NCBI RefSeq assembly: GCF_011386835.1
Contig: NC_088803.1
Span: forward strand, 8,122,001-8,186,000
From: Chrysemys picta bellii
Taxonomy: Eukaryota
Direction of reading: 5' to 3'
Length of the DNA stretch: 64,000 nt
The notes below the pieces were generated by a model. It did not search any database. It was given only the letters and a program-made list of their open reading frames with translations, and was not told where the DNA came from. Each line of letters opens with the position of its first letter. Position 1 is the first letter of the stretch. A program made the translations under genes and the position numbers. Shown piece after piece: positions 34,391-45,273 of the stretch.

Positions 34391-37300
34391 AGACAGGCAG
34401 GCTGAAGGCTCATAGAGGTGTGGCTTCAGAAGGTGCAGGAGCCTACAGCTTAACCCTGAGAAAGAGTGGACCCCCAGGAAGGCCTGTCACACTGAAGGGT
34501 TCCTCCCAGGGACTGTGGGGAGCAGAGAGAGCACAGCCTGTGAGTCTGTGACCACTTGGGAGCAGCGTGGAGATGGCCTATAACCACCTCCTTAAGAAGG
34601 ACATTGCAGAGCTGTGCAGAGAGAGGGCGGTGCATTGGAAAGCTCGCTAAGGCACAGCTGATTGCTCAGTTGGAAGAGGAGGATCGCTCTAAGGAGCTGG
34701 TTCCTGACCCAGCTGGGGGCACGAGAGAGGCTGGGAGGAGCCAGGCAGCCCCAGGGCCCACACTGGTTTCTGACCCACCTTGGGCCGCGAGAGAGGCTGG
34801 GAGCAGTCAGGCAACCCCAAGACCTGCATCATCTCCTGATCCAGCTGGGGGCATGAGAGAGGCCGGGAGCAACCTGGCATTCTGGAGACCCGTGTCCCCG
34901 ACCAGCCAGGGGTCTCCACCGGATTCCCCGTCGGTGGATCTGAGACGGAGGGAATTGCAGCGCCGATTGAAGGAGTGAGAGGACCATGAGCGGTAGGGAA
35001 GGCATGAAGCAGAACAGCAGGAGAGACAGAGGTAGCATGAACTGGTTATGGCCGAGTTGAGAGGCAGAAGGACCCGCCGAGGGGTGAGTGGGGATGGACC
35101 CCAGGGTGCCAATTCAGCAGGGAACCTCGACACTAAATTGCTGCCCCAGGTTAAGGAGCGGGGAGCTATAGATGCCTGTCTCACGGCCTTTGGGAAGGCT
35201 GGCAATTGGAACCAGGCTGGCCCTGAGGAAAGGCTCCGGCATCTAGCCCCCTTCCTGGGTCCCAAGGCCATAGAGCTGTTAAACCAGATGGGTGGGGTGG
35301 CCGACTGGCTCTAACTCCCAGCCCCAGCATATATGCCTGCCTGGAGTCTTCTGGGCTGAGGACCCTCAGACCCCCAGTGGGAGTGGAAGGTGGTGGTCTT
35401 TGGGGAGACATTCCTGGGATGGCGAGATCCAGGGACAGAGAGAACTGTTGTCAGACCCCGTGTGGTGCAGCCTCATGAGATGCTAAGGGGCTGTGTGACC
35501 TGGGTGAAGGTCCCAGGGATGAAGCCCCTCGCCCTGCCTATGACACAGGAGGGGTTGGGCTGGCTGGTAGTTGGGGTTCTCCAGGATACCGGCTGTGAGG
35601 TCCTGTTGAGGAATGAACTGTGTCTCTTTGGGACAGGATACAGGCCCTGCTCCTGTAAGGGCCGAGGATTTGAATTTGAATCCAGGGAACCAATTGGCTG
35701 AGAGTGAAGCAGTCCGTGAAAATACAAATGATCTGGCTGGCTGGCAGGAGGAGCCGCTGGGCTCAGGATACCTGCCTGTCTGTAACCAGAGCCCTTGAGC
35801 TGAGTGGGACAGAGAGATGCCCCCCCGCCCCCACACACGAGGGAGGTGGCTTACGCTAGTTCTGGTGCTGTGAGCAAAGCCGCGGGGTCGCTGCCTGCCC
35901 TCACTGGGCTAGCAGGGGCAAAGCTGAGCCCAGGGGGGTCGGAGACCCCAGTTGAGTGTGGGGAACCACAGCCAGGGTGGGACAGCTGCCAAGCAGGGCT
36001 GCCTTGTCCAGAGGGGCAAATGGCCTGGGACAAGGGGAAAGCAGCCTTGGGACACCTGCCTGTCCTAGAGGAGCCTGTTCAGAAGGTGGCCTTGGGCTTG
36101 GTGAGGGACTGATGGGCGGGGAAGGCCTCCCCCGATGGAAAATCAGTGGTGGACCATGTGCTGACTTTCCGGGGAAAGCTCGCTGAGCTCATGGGTCTTC
36201 ATGGGCATGGGGGCCTCTCCCATGGTGCTCGTCTCCAGGAAAGACGGGTCTATCCGATTCTCTGTGGCCTATCGGAAGCTCAATGCCATCACCATATCTG
36301 GTGCCTGCCCATACCTAGGCCTGATGAGATCCTAGATAAGTTGCGGGCGGGAGACTCAGTACCTCATGACCAGGGATTTCACCAAAGGCTACTGGCAGGT
36401 GTCTTTAGATCCAGATGCCAGGTTGAAACCTGCTTTTGTCACCCCTCTGGGGCTGTACAAGTCCCTGGTCCTACCTTTCAGCCTCAAGGAGGCACCAGTC
36501 ACCTGCCAGCACCAGGTGAATCAGTTACTGAGGTGGATGGAGAATTTTACCCTACCATACATGGATTATATTGGTGTCATTAGTCAGACCTGGGAGGACC
36601 ATGTGTCCCAGGTGAAGAGGGGGCTGAGTCACCTCCACTGGAGGTGGATGCAGGGCTGACTGCAAAAGTTGGGACGTGCAAGGTGGGGATGGCAGAGGTG
36701 TCGTACCTGGGCCACAAGGTGGGAAATGGATGATTAAAACCAGAGCTGGCCAAGGTGGGGGCGATCAGAGACTGGCTGCTCCCCAGACTAAGAAACAGGC
36801 CCAGGCCTTTATTGGCGGGGGGCGGGGGGCACAACCAGAGGTTTGTGCCCCACTTTAGCTCTGTGTCAGTTCCCATCACTGAGCTATGCAGGAAGGGGAA
36901 GCCAGACAAGCTGGTCTGGACCGGGCAGTGCCAGAGGGCTCTCTGCACGCTGAAGGAGGATCTGGTCAAGGGCCCGGTGTTGGGAAACCCAGACTTTGAC
37001 AAGCCCTTTATGGTGTTCACCGATGCCCCAGACACAGGACTGGGCGCGGAGCCGGCGCAGGCCAATGCAAAGAGGGAGAAACACCCCGTCATGTACCTGA
37101 GGAGGAAGCTGCTGCCCTGGGAGCAGGGCTATGCAGCCATAGAGAAGGAATGCCTGGCCATGGAGTGGGCTCTTAAAAGGCTGCAGCCGGATCTATTTGG
37201 GCGGCGCTTCACGGTGTACCTGGACCACTCGCCCTGCCGTGGCTGCACCCGATGAGGGGGCCAAAGCCAAGCTCCTGAGGTGGAGTCTGTCTCCCAGGAT

Positions 37301-37661
37301 TAGGAGATGGAGGTGGTCCACGTTAAGCGGTGGGCAAATGTTATGGCTGATGCTTTGTCCCAGGGAAGGGGGCCTGAACTTCCCCAGGTCACCAGCTGAA
37401 GTGACCCCACTCAGTTCAGTCTCGAAGGGGGGCGAGATGGGACAAAGTGGGGATTTCCCCATGTTATATTGTATGTGAGCCTATGTGAATCTTACTGTAT
37501 TGCATGAATGCTGTGTGTGCCTCAGTTTACCTTGTATTGCACCAATGTCTAGGTGGTGGGAATAAGGGAATGAGACTTATGCCGAGGCTGCCCCAGCTGT
37601 CTCCATGCATGCTATGGCCGCCCCTTCATAACCTGAGACCCAGGAGGGGGATGGGACCAGG
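34391..37661 (+). mobile_element. Degenerate Gypsy LTR retrotransposon (Gmr1-like), arm B copy
   Basis: LTR end ~34553, decayed PBS, gag, protease ~35390-35650, IN remnant ~36146-36200, RT ~36200-36700, RNase H ~36900-37330, PPT GAAGGGGGGCGAGA 37424-37437, LTR from 37438. Confidence 0.88.
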
Positions 37662-37905
37662 GATACGAGGGGGAGTGGGCTGCACAGGGGACACTGAGGG
37701 CAGGGTATAAGGGGAGGGTCACTGATGTGAAGGTGTGAGGGGGAGGGGGATGCACAGGGGTCACTGAGGGCAGAGTGTGGATGGGAATGGGCTGGGCAGG
37801 GGTCATTGGGGCAGGGCATGAAGGGGAGGGGCTGCACAGGGGTCATTGAGGGCAGGGTGTGATGGGGGAGGGGGCTGCACAGGGCTCTCTCAGGGCAGGG
37901 GTGAA
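37662..37905. repeat. G-rich minisatellite segment
   Basis: Same unit family. Reverse complement of 11230-11480. Confidence 0.88.
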
Positions 37906-38312
37906 AGGAAGGACGCTGAGTCGTGGTCACAGGTGACAAATCTGAAGACTCTGCCCAGCAGCCCAGCGACGGTCCATAGCAGCTTGCGGCATATGGGCCC
38001 TTGGCAGGGAATCGCTAAGGGCAAGGATTGAAGAGCCAGCTGTCATCCTGCCATGAGTTCCAGGACTCCATTTGTGGGGGTGCTTGTGATTAACTGCTCC
38101 CTAGTTCCGTTGACTGAAGGGTGAATTCACAGCTGTCCTTCTCAGCGATCTCTGTGATTCAACCACTCATCAGGACCTCTCCGTTTCATGGTTCAAGGCA
38201 GCAAAAGGGAAGTGGGGTAGACAGCTACAACTCAGGAACGCCGTGGTGCAATGACCCCAGATTTGGAACACTAACGCTGCCCTATCCCACCATGAGACAC
38301 ACCAAACTTGAA

Positions 38313-39158
38313 AAGGGGGACCTAGACAAATTAGAGGATTGGGCCAAAAGAAACCTGATGAGGTTCAACAAGGACAAGTGCAGAGTCCTGCACTTAGGAC
38401 GGAAGAATCCCATTCACTGTTACACACTAGGGACTGAATGGCTAGGCAGCAGTTCTGCAGAAAAGGACCTAGGGGTTACAGTGGATGAGAAGCTGGATAT
38501 GAGTCAACAGTGTGCTCTTGTTGCCAAGAAGGCTAACGGCATTTTGGGCTGTATAAGTAGGGGCATTGCCAGCAGATTGAGGGACATGATCATTCCCCTC
38601 TATTCGGCATTGGTGAGGCCTCATCTGGAGTACTGTGTCCAGTTTTGGGCCCCACACTACAAGAAGGCTGTGGAAAAATTGGAAAGAGTCCAGCGGAGGG
38701 CAACAAAAATGATTAAAGGTCTGGAGCACATGACTTATGAGGAGAGGCTGAGGGAACTGGGATTGTTTAGTCTGTGGAAGAGAAGAATGAGGGGGGATTT
38801 GATAGCTGCTTTCAACTACCTGAAAGGGGGTTCCAAAGAGGATGGATCTAGACTGTTCTCAGTGGTAGCAGATGACAGAACAAGGAGTAATGGTCTCAAG
38901 TTGCAGTGGGGGAGGTTTAGGTTGGATATTAGGAAAAACTTTTTCACTAGGAAAGTGGTGAAGCACTGGAATGGGTTACCTAGGGAGGTGGTGGAATCTC
39001 CTTCCTTAGAGGTTTTTAAGGTCAGGCTTGACAAAGCCCTGCCTGGGATGATTTAGTTGGGAATTGGTCCTGTTTTGAGCAGGGGATTGGACTAGACGAC
39101 CTCCTGAGGTCCCTTCCCACCCTGATATTCTATGATTCTAAGATTCTATGATTCTATG
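38313..39158 (+). mobile_element. 5'-truncated CR1 LINE (ORF2 C-terminus open)
   Basis: [21 protein letters not shown]...[10 protein letters not shown] and (ATTCTATG)n tail. Confidence 0.95.
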
Positions 39159-40197
39159 AAAGCAATCCGAGCGACCATTTGGATTTTAGAGCACTTACAA
39201 GAGTTAAGCTTTAAAGCACATAACATGGCTGGAATGGAAAGCCAGGGCCCTATCTCTGTCTTGGTGCGTACGGACTGTTCACAGGGAACCTTTCCTTAAA
39301 TACAGTGAGGGATTCGAAGCCTGAGGGAATAAACTGGGCAGATTGAGACCTTTTTGACCCATATCACATTAATGGTCTGAGCTCCAGCACTGTGCACAAA
39401 AACAGCCCTAGAAACGTTTTCTCTCTGCAACCCCCTCACTCAAAAGACTTTTGGGAGAAATTGCTTTTCCCCCAGGACTTTTATCTCTGCAACTCTTAGC
39501 TCAAATGACCCTAAATTTGGGTCACTAACCCTACCTTGAACCCAGCTAAAGACCATCAAATGTCAAAGCACCAAGTTAAAAGAAAGCATGTCAATGATAG
39601 TGTTCTTAGAACGGTCACCTTTTAAACTGTAGTCATGATGCAACTTTGACTATACTGGTGCTGCTATGCCCCCATATTAATCAGTTCATTTACCAGCTGG
39701 GTACACATCTCGCAGCTTTCTGCCTATTAACCATCAGCTTGGAATATTAAAACAGGATTTGGGTGTTAAACCATGAGAACTCAGATGGAGGAATAAACAT
39801 CACACTACGTTTCACACTTCAGATGTTCAGCTCATGTAAATTGGCCCAGCTCCACAGCAGTATGTCAATTTACACCATCGGGGATCTGGGCGTTTATGTT
39901 TGTTGAGCCTCTCTGCCATACCTGCAACCAGTATGAATTAAACATCTTAAAATGTCATGCAGCATTGCACCTGCAGCCTAATGCGCCTTCAGGGTTGTTT
40001 GAGGTAAGAAAAAATGCAATTGCTGAGAAAACAAGCAAGAGAATTTGGATCATTCATCCCAATACAAACTGAAGCTCAGATAGAGAAAATCTTAGCAACA
40101 CTGAATTCTTCCAAACTTCTGCCCTGGTGGGAATGAATCACAACATAACCTTTAAAAGTTACATTCTTGTAATTAATCCCATGGGACAAAGAACTAA

Positions 40198-40425
40198 GGG
40201 CACGTCTTCACTACCCGCCGGATCAGCGGGTAGCAATCGATCTATTGGGGATCGACTTATCGCGTCTAGTGAAGACGCAATAAAATTGACCCCTGATCGC
40301 TCTGCCGTCGACTCCGGAAATCCACCGCGGCAAGAGGCGGAAGCGGAGTTGACGGCGGAGCAGCAGCGGTCAACTCGCCGCCGTCCTCACAGCCAGGTAA
40401 GTCGACCTAAAATACGCAACTTCAG
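40198..40425 (+). mobile_element. Half of a PIF/Harbinger-type MITE
   Basis: Begins GGGCACGTCTTCACTA directly after TAA, CpG-rich. Absent from arm A. The other end is lost at a deletion. Confidence 0.65.
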
Positions 40426-41501
40426 ACAGACCGATCAATAATGACAAAATAATCACAACCCTGGAGGATCAAATGCTTCGCTAGCTGTGAGAAATTCCAC
40501 AAAAATCTGCATCGTAAGTTTGCTTTTTCAACTGAATATGTTGGTGTATTAATATAAAGGGCAGATTTAAGAACACAAATTTGTATGAGAGTCAGAACTC
40601 TTGAAGACTTTTACTATCAATTTAATCTGGTACCAGTCAGACTTATTTATTTGCATATTTTGTTGCAACAAAAATAGACTTTTCATTGAAATTGGGAAAA
40701 CCCAAACATTTTTTGTCATTCTGGGAAGTGAGAACAAGACAATTTTAGGTAAGAGCTGTTGAAAACTGAAGAGTTTTAGCCTCTGCTATCCTTGAAAAAC
40801 AAAATACTTATGGAGGATAGCAGAGATTTTCCATCAACATGTGTTCAATTGAAAACCCAATTTTCCTTTGAGATAATTAAAGCCAAAAAAGTCTGATTGC
40901 CCTTAATTGGAAACTTAGATTTGTGCTAGGATGCAGAAAAATAATATTTTCTATTCATATTAAAATTTCATCCCCAAGTCCCTCTGCCCCATCCTCTATT
41001 TCTGTTACAAATGGGTAGTTGCAGGCTGGTTAATCTGAGTGAGAAGCGAAGTTAACAGCCAGAATATATTTTAAACATACTAACGCCTTGAAGCGAAAAC
41101 ACAGAGTCAAAGCTCCCAGCCAAAACCTTTCCATCTTGACCATGCCCTAGGACATCGCCACTGTAGTCTCTGTCCCACACTGCAGCCAGCTAAGCGGCAA
41201 TGCTGCCAAGACATGCTCAGAACATACGCATAGTAAGACACTGGCCATCCACCCCACAGCTCCCAGTCCTAGAAGACAAGCCAGAGAAAGGGGTGTGGGG
41301 AATCAGTGGTACAGGGAGGGGAAGTGACTGGCCCAAGGTCACACAGCAGGTCAGTGGCAGAAACAAGAACAGAACCCAAGTCTCCTGCCTGTACAGACAT
41401 AAAGTCACAAAGGGAAAGGATACAGCACAGTAATAGAGGGATGCTACTAGTCTGTCATCACTCAGAGATGGAAATGCAGTGGGATTTGGCACCTTAAATA
41501 A

Positions 41502-43295
41502 TAAGAACATAAGAACAGCCGCACTGGCTCAGACCAATGGTCCATCTAGCCCAGTTTCCTGTCCGTGACAGTGGCTGGTGCCTGAAGCTTCAGAGGGAAT
41601 GAACAGAACAGGGCAATTATCAAATGGTCCATTTCCTGTCGCCCATCCCCAGCTTCTGGCAAACAGAGGTTTAGGAACACCCAAAGCATGGGGTTGCATC
41701 CTGACCATCTTGGCTCTTAGCCATTGATTGACCTATCCTTCATGGACTTGTCTAATTCTTTTTTTAACCCAGTTATACTTTCAGCCCTCACAAAATCCCC
41801 TGGCAATGAGTTCAACAAGTTGACTGTGCATTGGTTGAAGAAATTCTTCCTTTTGTTTGTTTTAAACCTACTGCCTATTTATTTCATTGGGTGATGCCTG
41901 GTCCTTCTGTTCTGTGAAGGGGTAAACACCAATTTCCTGTTCACTCTTTCCAGAACATGCATGATTTTATAGACATTTATCATATTCCCCCTTAGTCATC
42001 TCTTTTCTAAGCTCTAGTCTCTTTATATCTCCTCATATGGAAGGTGTTCCATGCCCCTAAGCATTTTTGTTCTTCTCTATATCTTTTCGAATTCAAATAT
42101 ATCTTTTTTTTTTAAGATGAGGCAAACACAACTGCACACAATATTCAAGCTATGAGCGTACCATGGATTTATATGCCGGCATTATATTTTCAGCTTTATT
42201 ATCTATCCCTTTTCTAATGGTTCCTAACATCTTATTAGCTTTTTTCACTGCTACTGAACATCGAGCAGATGTTTTCAGAGAACAAACCACAATGACTGCA
42301 AGATCTTTCTTGAGTAGTAATAGCTAAAGTAGACACCATCATTTTTTTTATGTTTAATTAGGATTTTGTTTTCCGATGTGCATTACTATGCATTTATCAA
42401 TATTGAATTCCATCTGCCATTTGATTGCCCATTCACCCAGTTTTGTGAGATCCCTTTGCAGCTCTTCACAGTGTGCTTTGGACGTAACAATCCTGAGTAA
42501 TTTTGTATTCTGTGCAAATTTTACCACCTCACTGTTCACTCCATTTATGAATATGTTGAACAGCACAGGTCTCAGGGAAGATCCTTGTGGAGCACAGCTA
42601 TTTACCTCTCTCCATTGTGAATACTGAATATTTATTCCTACCCTTTGTTCCCTATCTTTTAGCAAGTTACTAATTCAGGAGAGGACCTTCCCTCTTATCC
42701 CATGACTGCTAACTTCATTGAAGAGCTGTTAGTGTGGGACTTTGTCGAAAGCTTCCTGAAAGTCCAAGTACGTTATATTAACTGGATCACATTAGATTAG
42801 CTACCCTGCAGTCATCTGGTCCAGAGGCTGATTTAAGTGTTGGTTTATTTACCACATTTAGTAGTTTTTGCGATTTCATATTTCAGTTCCTTCAGAACTC
42901 TTCGGTGACTACAATCTGGACCTGGAGATTTATTACTGTTTAATTTATCAATTTGTTCCAAAACCTCCTCTACTGAGACCGCAATCTGGGACAGTTCCTC
43001 AGATTTGTCACCTAAAAAGAATGGCTCTTGTGTGGGAATCTCCCTCAAATCCTCTACAGTAAAGACTGATGCGAAGAATTCATTTAGCTTCCTTGCAACG
43101 GCCTTGTCTTCCCTGAGAGCTCCTTTTGCACCTTGACCATCCAGCGACCCCACTCATTCTTTGGCAATCTTCCTGCTTCTGAAATACTTAAGAAAAATTG
43201 CTTAACTTTTGTGTCTTTTGTTAGTTGCTTTTCGCATTCTTATCTGGCCTGCCTAATTATACTTTTACACTTCTGTTGCCACAAATCAATGTGTA
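41502..43295 (-). mobile_element. Degenerate CR1 LINE, arm B copy of 7235-9037
   Basis: AAGAACATAAGAAC tail and ORF2 remnants. Confidence 0.85.
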
Positions 43296-43825
43296 AATCA
43301 GTAGTTGGCCATTTACATGGTCTTGGGGTGGAATCATTACAGAAAAGCTGCCACGTAGGAGGCTGGGTGAGTCAATGTTAAACTTCTCTGGAAAGTGGGA
43401 ATCCCTATTTCAGCATTGCTATCAGTATTAGCCATGTTAGTATTTACATTTCACGGGCAAATTTAGAGCCTTCTGTTTCTCAGAATAGGGAACCATATTG
43501 GCTAGAAATGTTTTATTTGTGTTATACTTTATTCCAGCCTTAATACTGCATTGGTCAGATCCTCAGATGGTGTAAACTGTCCCACCTCCCTTAGCTTTAA
43601 AGGGGATAATCCAGTATTCAGCGATGTGACAATGCATCTCACTAGTGCTCTGACTCTCAGGGGTAAGGAGCACTCTCAGTGGAAGTGACAAGAACTATGC
43701 ACCATTGACATTCCCACCATGGGATACTAAGGAGAGAGAATTAGATCATTTTCTCTGTCAGTCTAATCTTGCCCATTGCCCTTGTCCTTCCATCCACAGG
43801 CAGGACACAACGAATGGAGAGGGAA

Positions 43826-44780
43826 ATGTCCAACCGAACCACCGTGACCGAGTTCCTTCTCCTGGGATTCTCTGACGTTCGGGAGCTGCAGATTTTGCAC
43901 TTTGTGGTGTTTCTGGTGATTTACCTGGCAGCCCTGGTGGGGAATCTTCTCATCATCACAGCTGTTGCTTTTGACCACCATCTTCACACCCCCATGTACT
44001 TCTTCCTGATGAATTTGTCCATTCTAGACATCGGCTCCATTTCAGTCCCAGTCCCCAAATCCATGGCCAACTCCCTCATGAACACCAAGTCAATTTCCTA
44101 TTCTGGATGTGTCACACAAGTCTTTTTCTTTATGCTCTTTTCTTCAACAGATATTGCCTTACTCACCGTCATGGCGTATGACCGATACGTCGCCATCTGC
44201 CAACCACTCCACTGTGAGAGAGTGATGAACAGGAGAGCTTGCATCCAGATGGCAGCCAGTGCCTGGATATCTATTTTTGTCTACACTGCACTGCACACCG
44301 GGAACACATTTGCACTATCTTTCTGTGGAGGCAACATGGTGGATCAGTTTTTCTGCGAAATCCCCCAGCTTCTCAAGCTCGCCTGCTCTGACTCATACCT
44401 CCGTGAAACTGGGGTTATTGTCTTTAGTACATGCTTAGCCTTCAGCTGCTTTGTTTTTATAGTTGTGTCGTATGTTCAGATCTTCACCACAGTGCTGAGA
44501 ATCCCCTCTGAGCTGGGCCGGCATAAAGCTCTATCCACCTGCCTCCCTCACCTCACTGTGGTCTCCTTGTTGTTCTTCACTATAGCCTTTGTCTACCTGA
44601 AACCCACCTCCAGCTCAACATCAGGGCTGGATCTCATGGTGGCTGTTCTCTAGTCTGTGATGCCTCCAATGATGAATCCGATCATCTACAGCATGAGGAA
44701 CAAGGAGATCAAAGCTGGAATGAGGAAACTTCACCAAAGTTGTTCACCAAAAATGAACTGTCCATCTTTCGTCTTTGATC
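43826..44780 (+). pseudogene. Olfactory receptor family-14-like pseudogene
   Basis: TAT>TAG at 44651-44653 in TM7 removes PxMNPIIYS. A further indel lies near 44730. Confidence 0.9.
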
Positions 44781-45085
44781 GTGATTTCTTTCTGTGTTTC
44801 TTTTTAAATATAATCAAATGAAAACATTATTGAAAACATGTTTTGAAATCTGCTTATGCAGAAAGGGGCATTTACACTGGTAAAAATGCAGAGTCAAGAC
44901 AATGGACTTATTGTATATTTACAACTGTATAAATAAGATCAGAATCTATCTATCCTGTATTGCCACCCACCATCACACCATCTCAGCACCTTCCACCTAC
45001 AATGAATAGCTATAATCAAGTTCCCAATGGACTCGATGAGGTCTCTGACCCTTTTCCTTTTGCGGGTATAAATGCTGATTTGGAT

Positions 45086-45273
45086 CTGCCCGGGCGGACT
45101 CGCTGTGGGAAGTGCATGGTGTGGAAGGGGATGCTGAATGCTCCAAGGAAGGTGGAAGCTGTGGAAGGTTCTTGCCCTGGAGACAGTCTGCTCAGAGAGA
45201 GGAGACTCCCTCAGAGTCCTGACTGGCTTCGTAGGGAGCAGTTCCAGAGCATCGCCCCGATGACTCCGTGACA
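45086..45273 (+). mobile_element. 3' fragment of Gypsy LTR at the outer duplication breakpoint
   Basis: Matches 15410-15608 and ends TCCGTGACA. Confidence 0.8.

Larger units (their letters stand above)
28662..45085. repeat. Inverted segmental duplication, arm B (partner 5240-18995)
   Basis: Reverse-complement colinearity with arm A, plus arm-specific insertions and deletions. Confidence 0.93.

Noticed and set aside
34800-35400. SCAN domain in the Gypsy gag
   Set aside because: Only the capsid-like N-terminal motif is visible. The region where SCAN would lie appears deleted.
5240-45085. Duplication as a false haplotype duplication in assembly
   Set aside because: The arms are inverted, differ by several TE insertions with TSDs, kb-scale indels and ~24 aa in the OR14-like gene. 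This is more than expected for alleles, though only long reads can exclude it fully.
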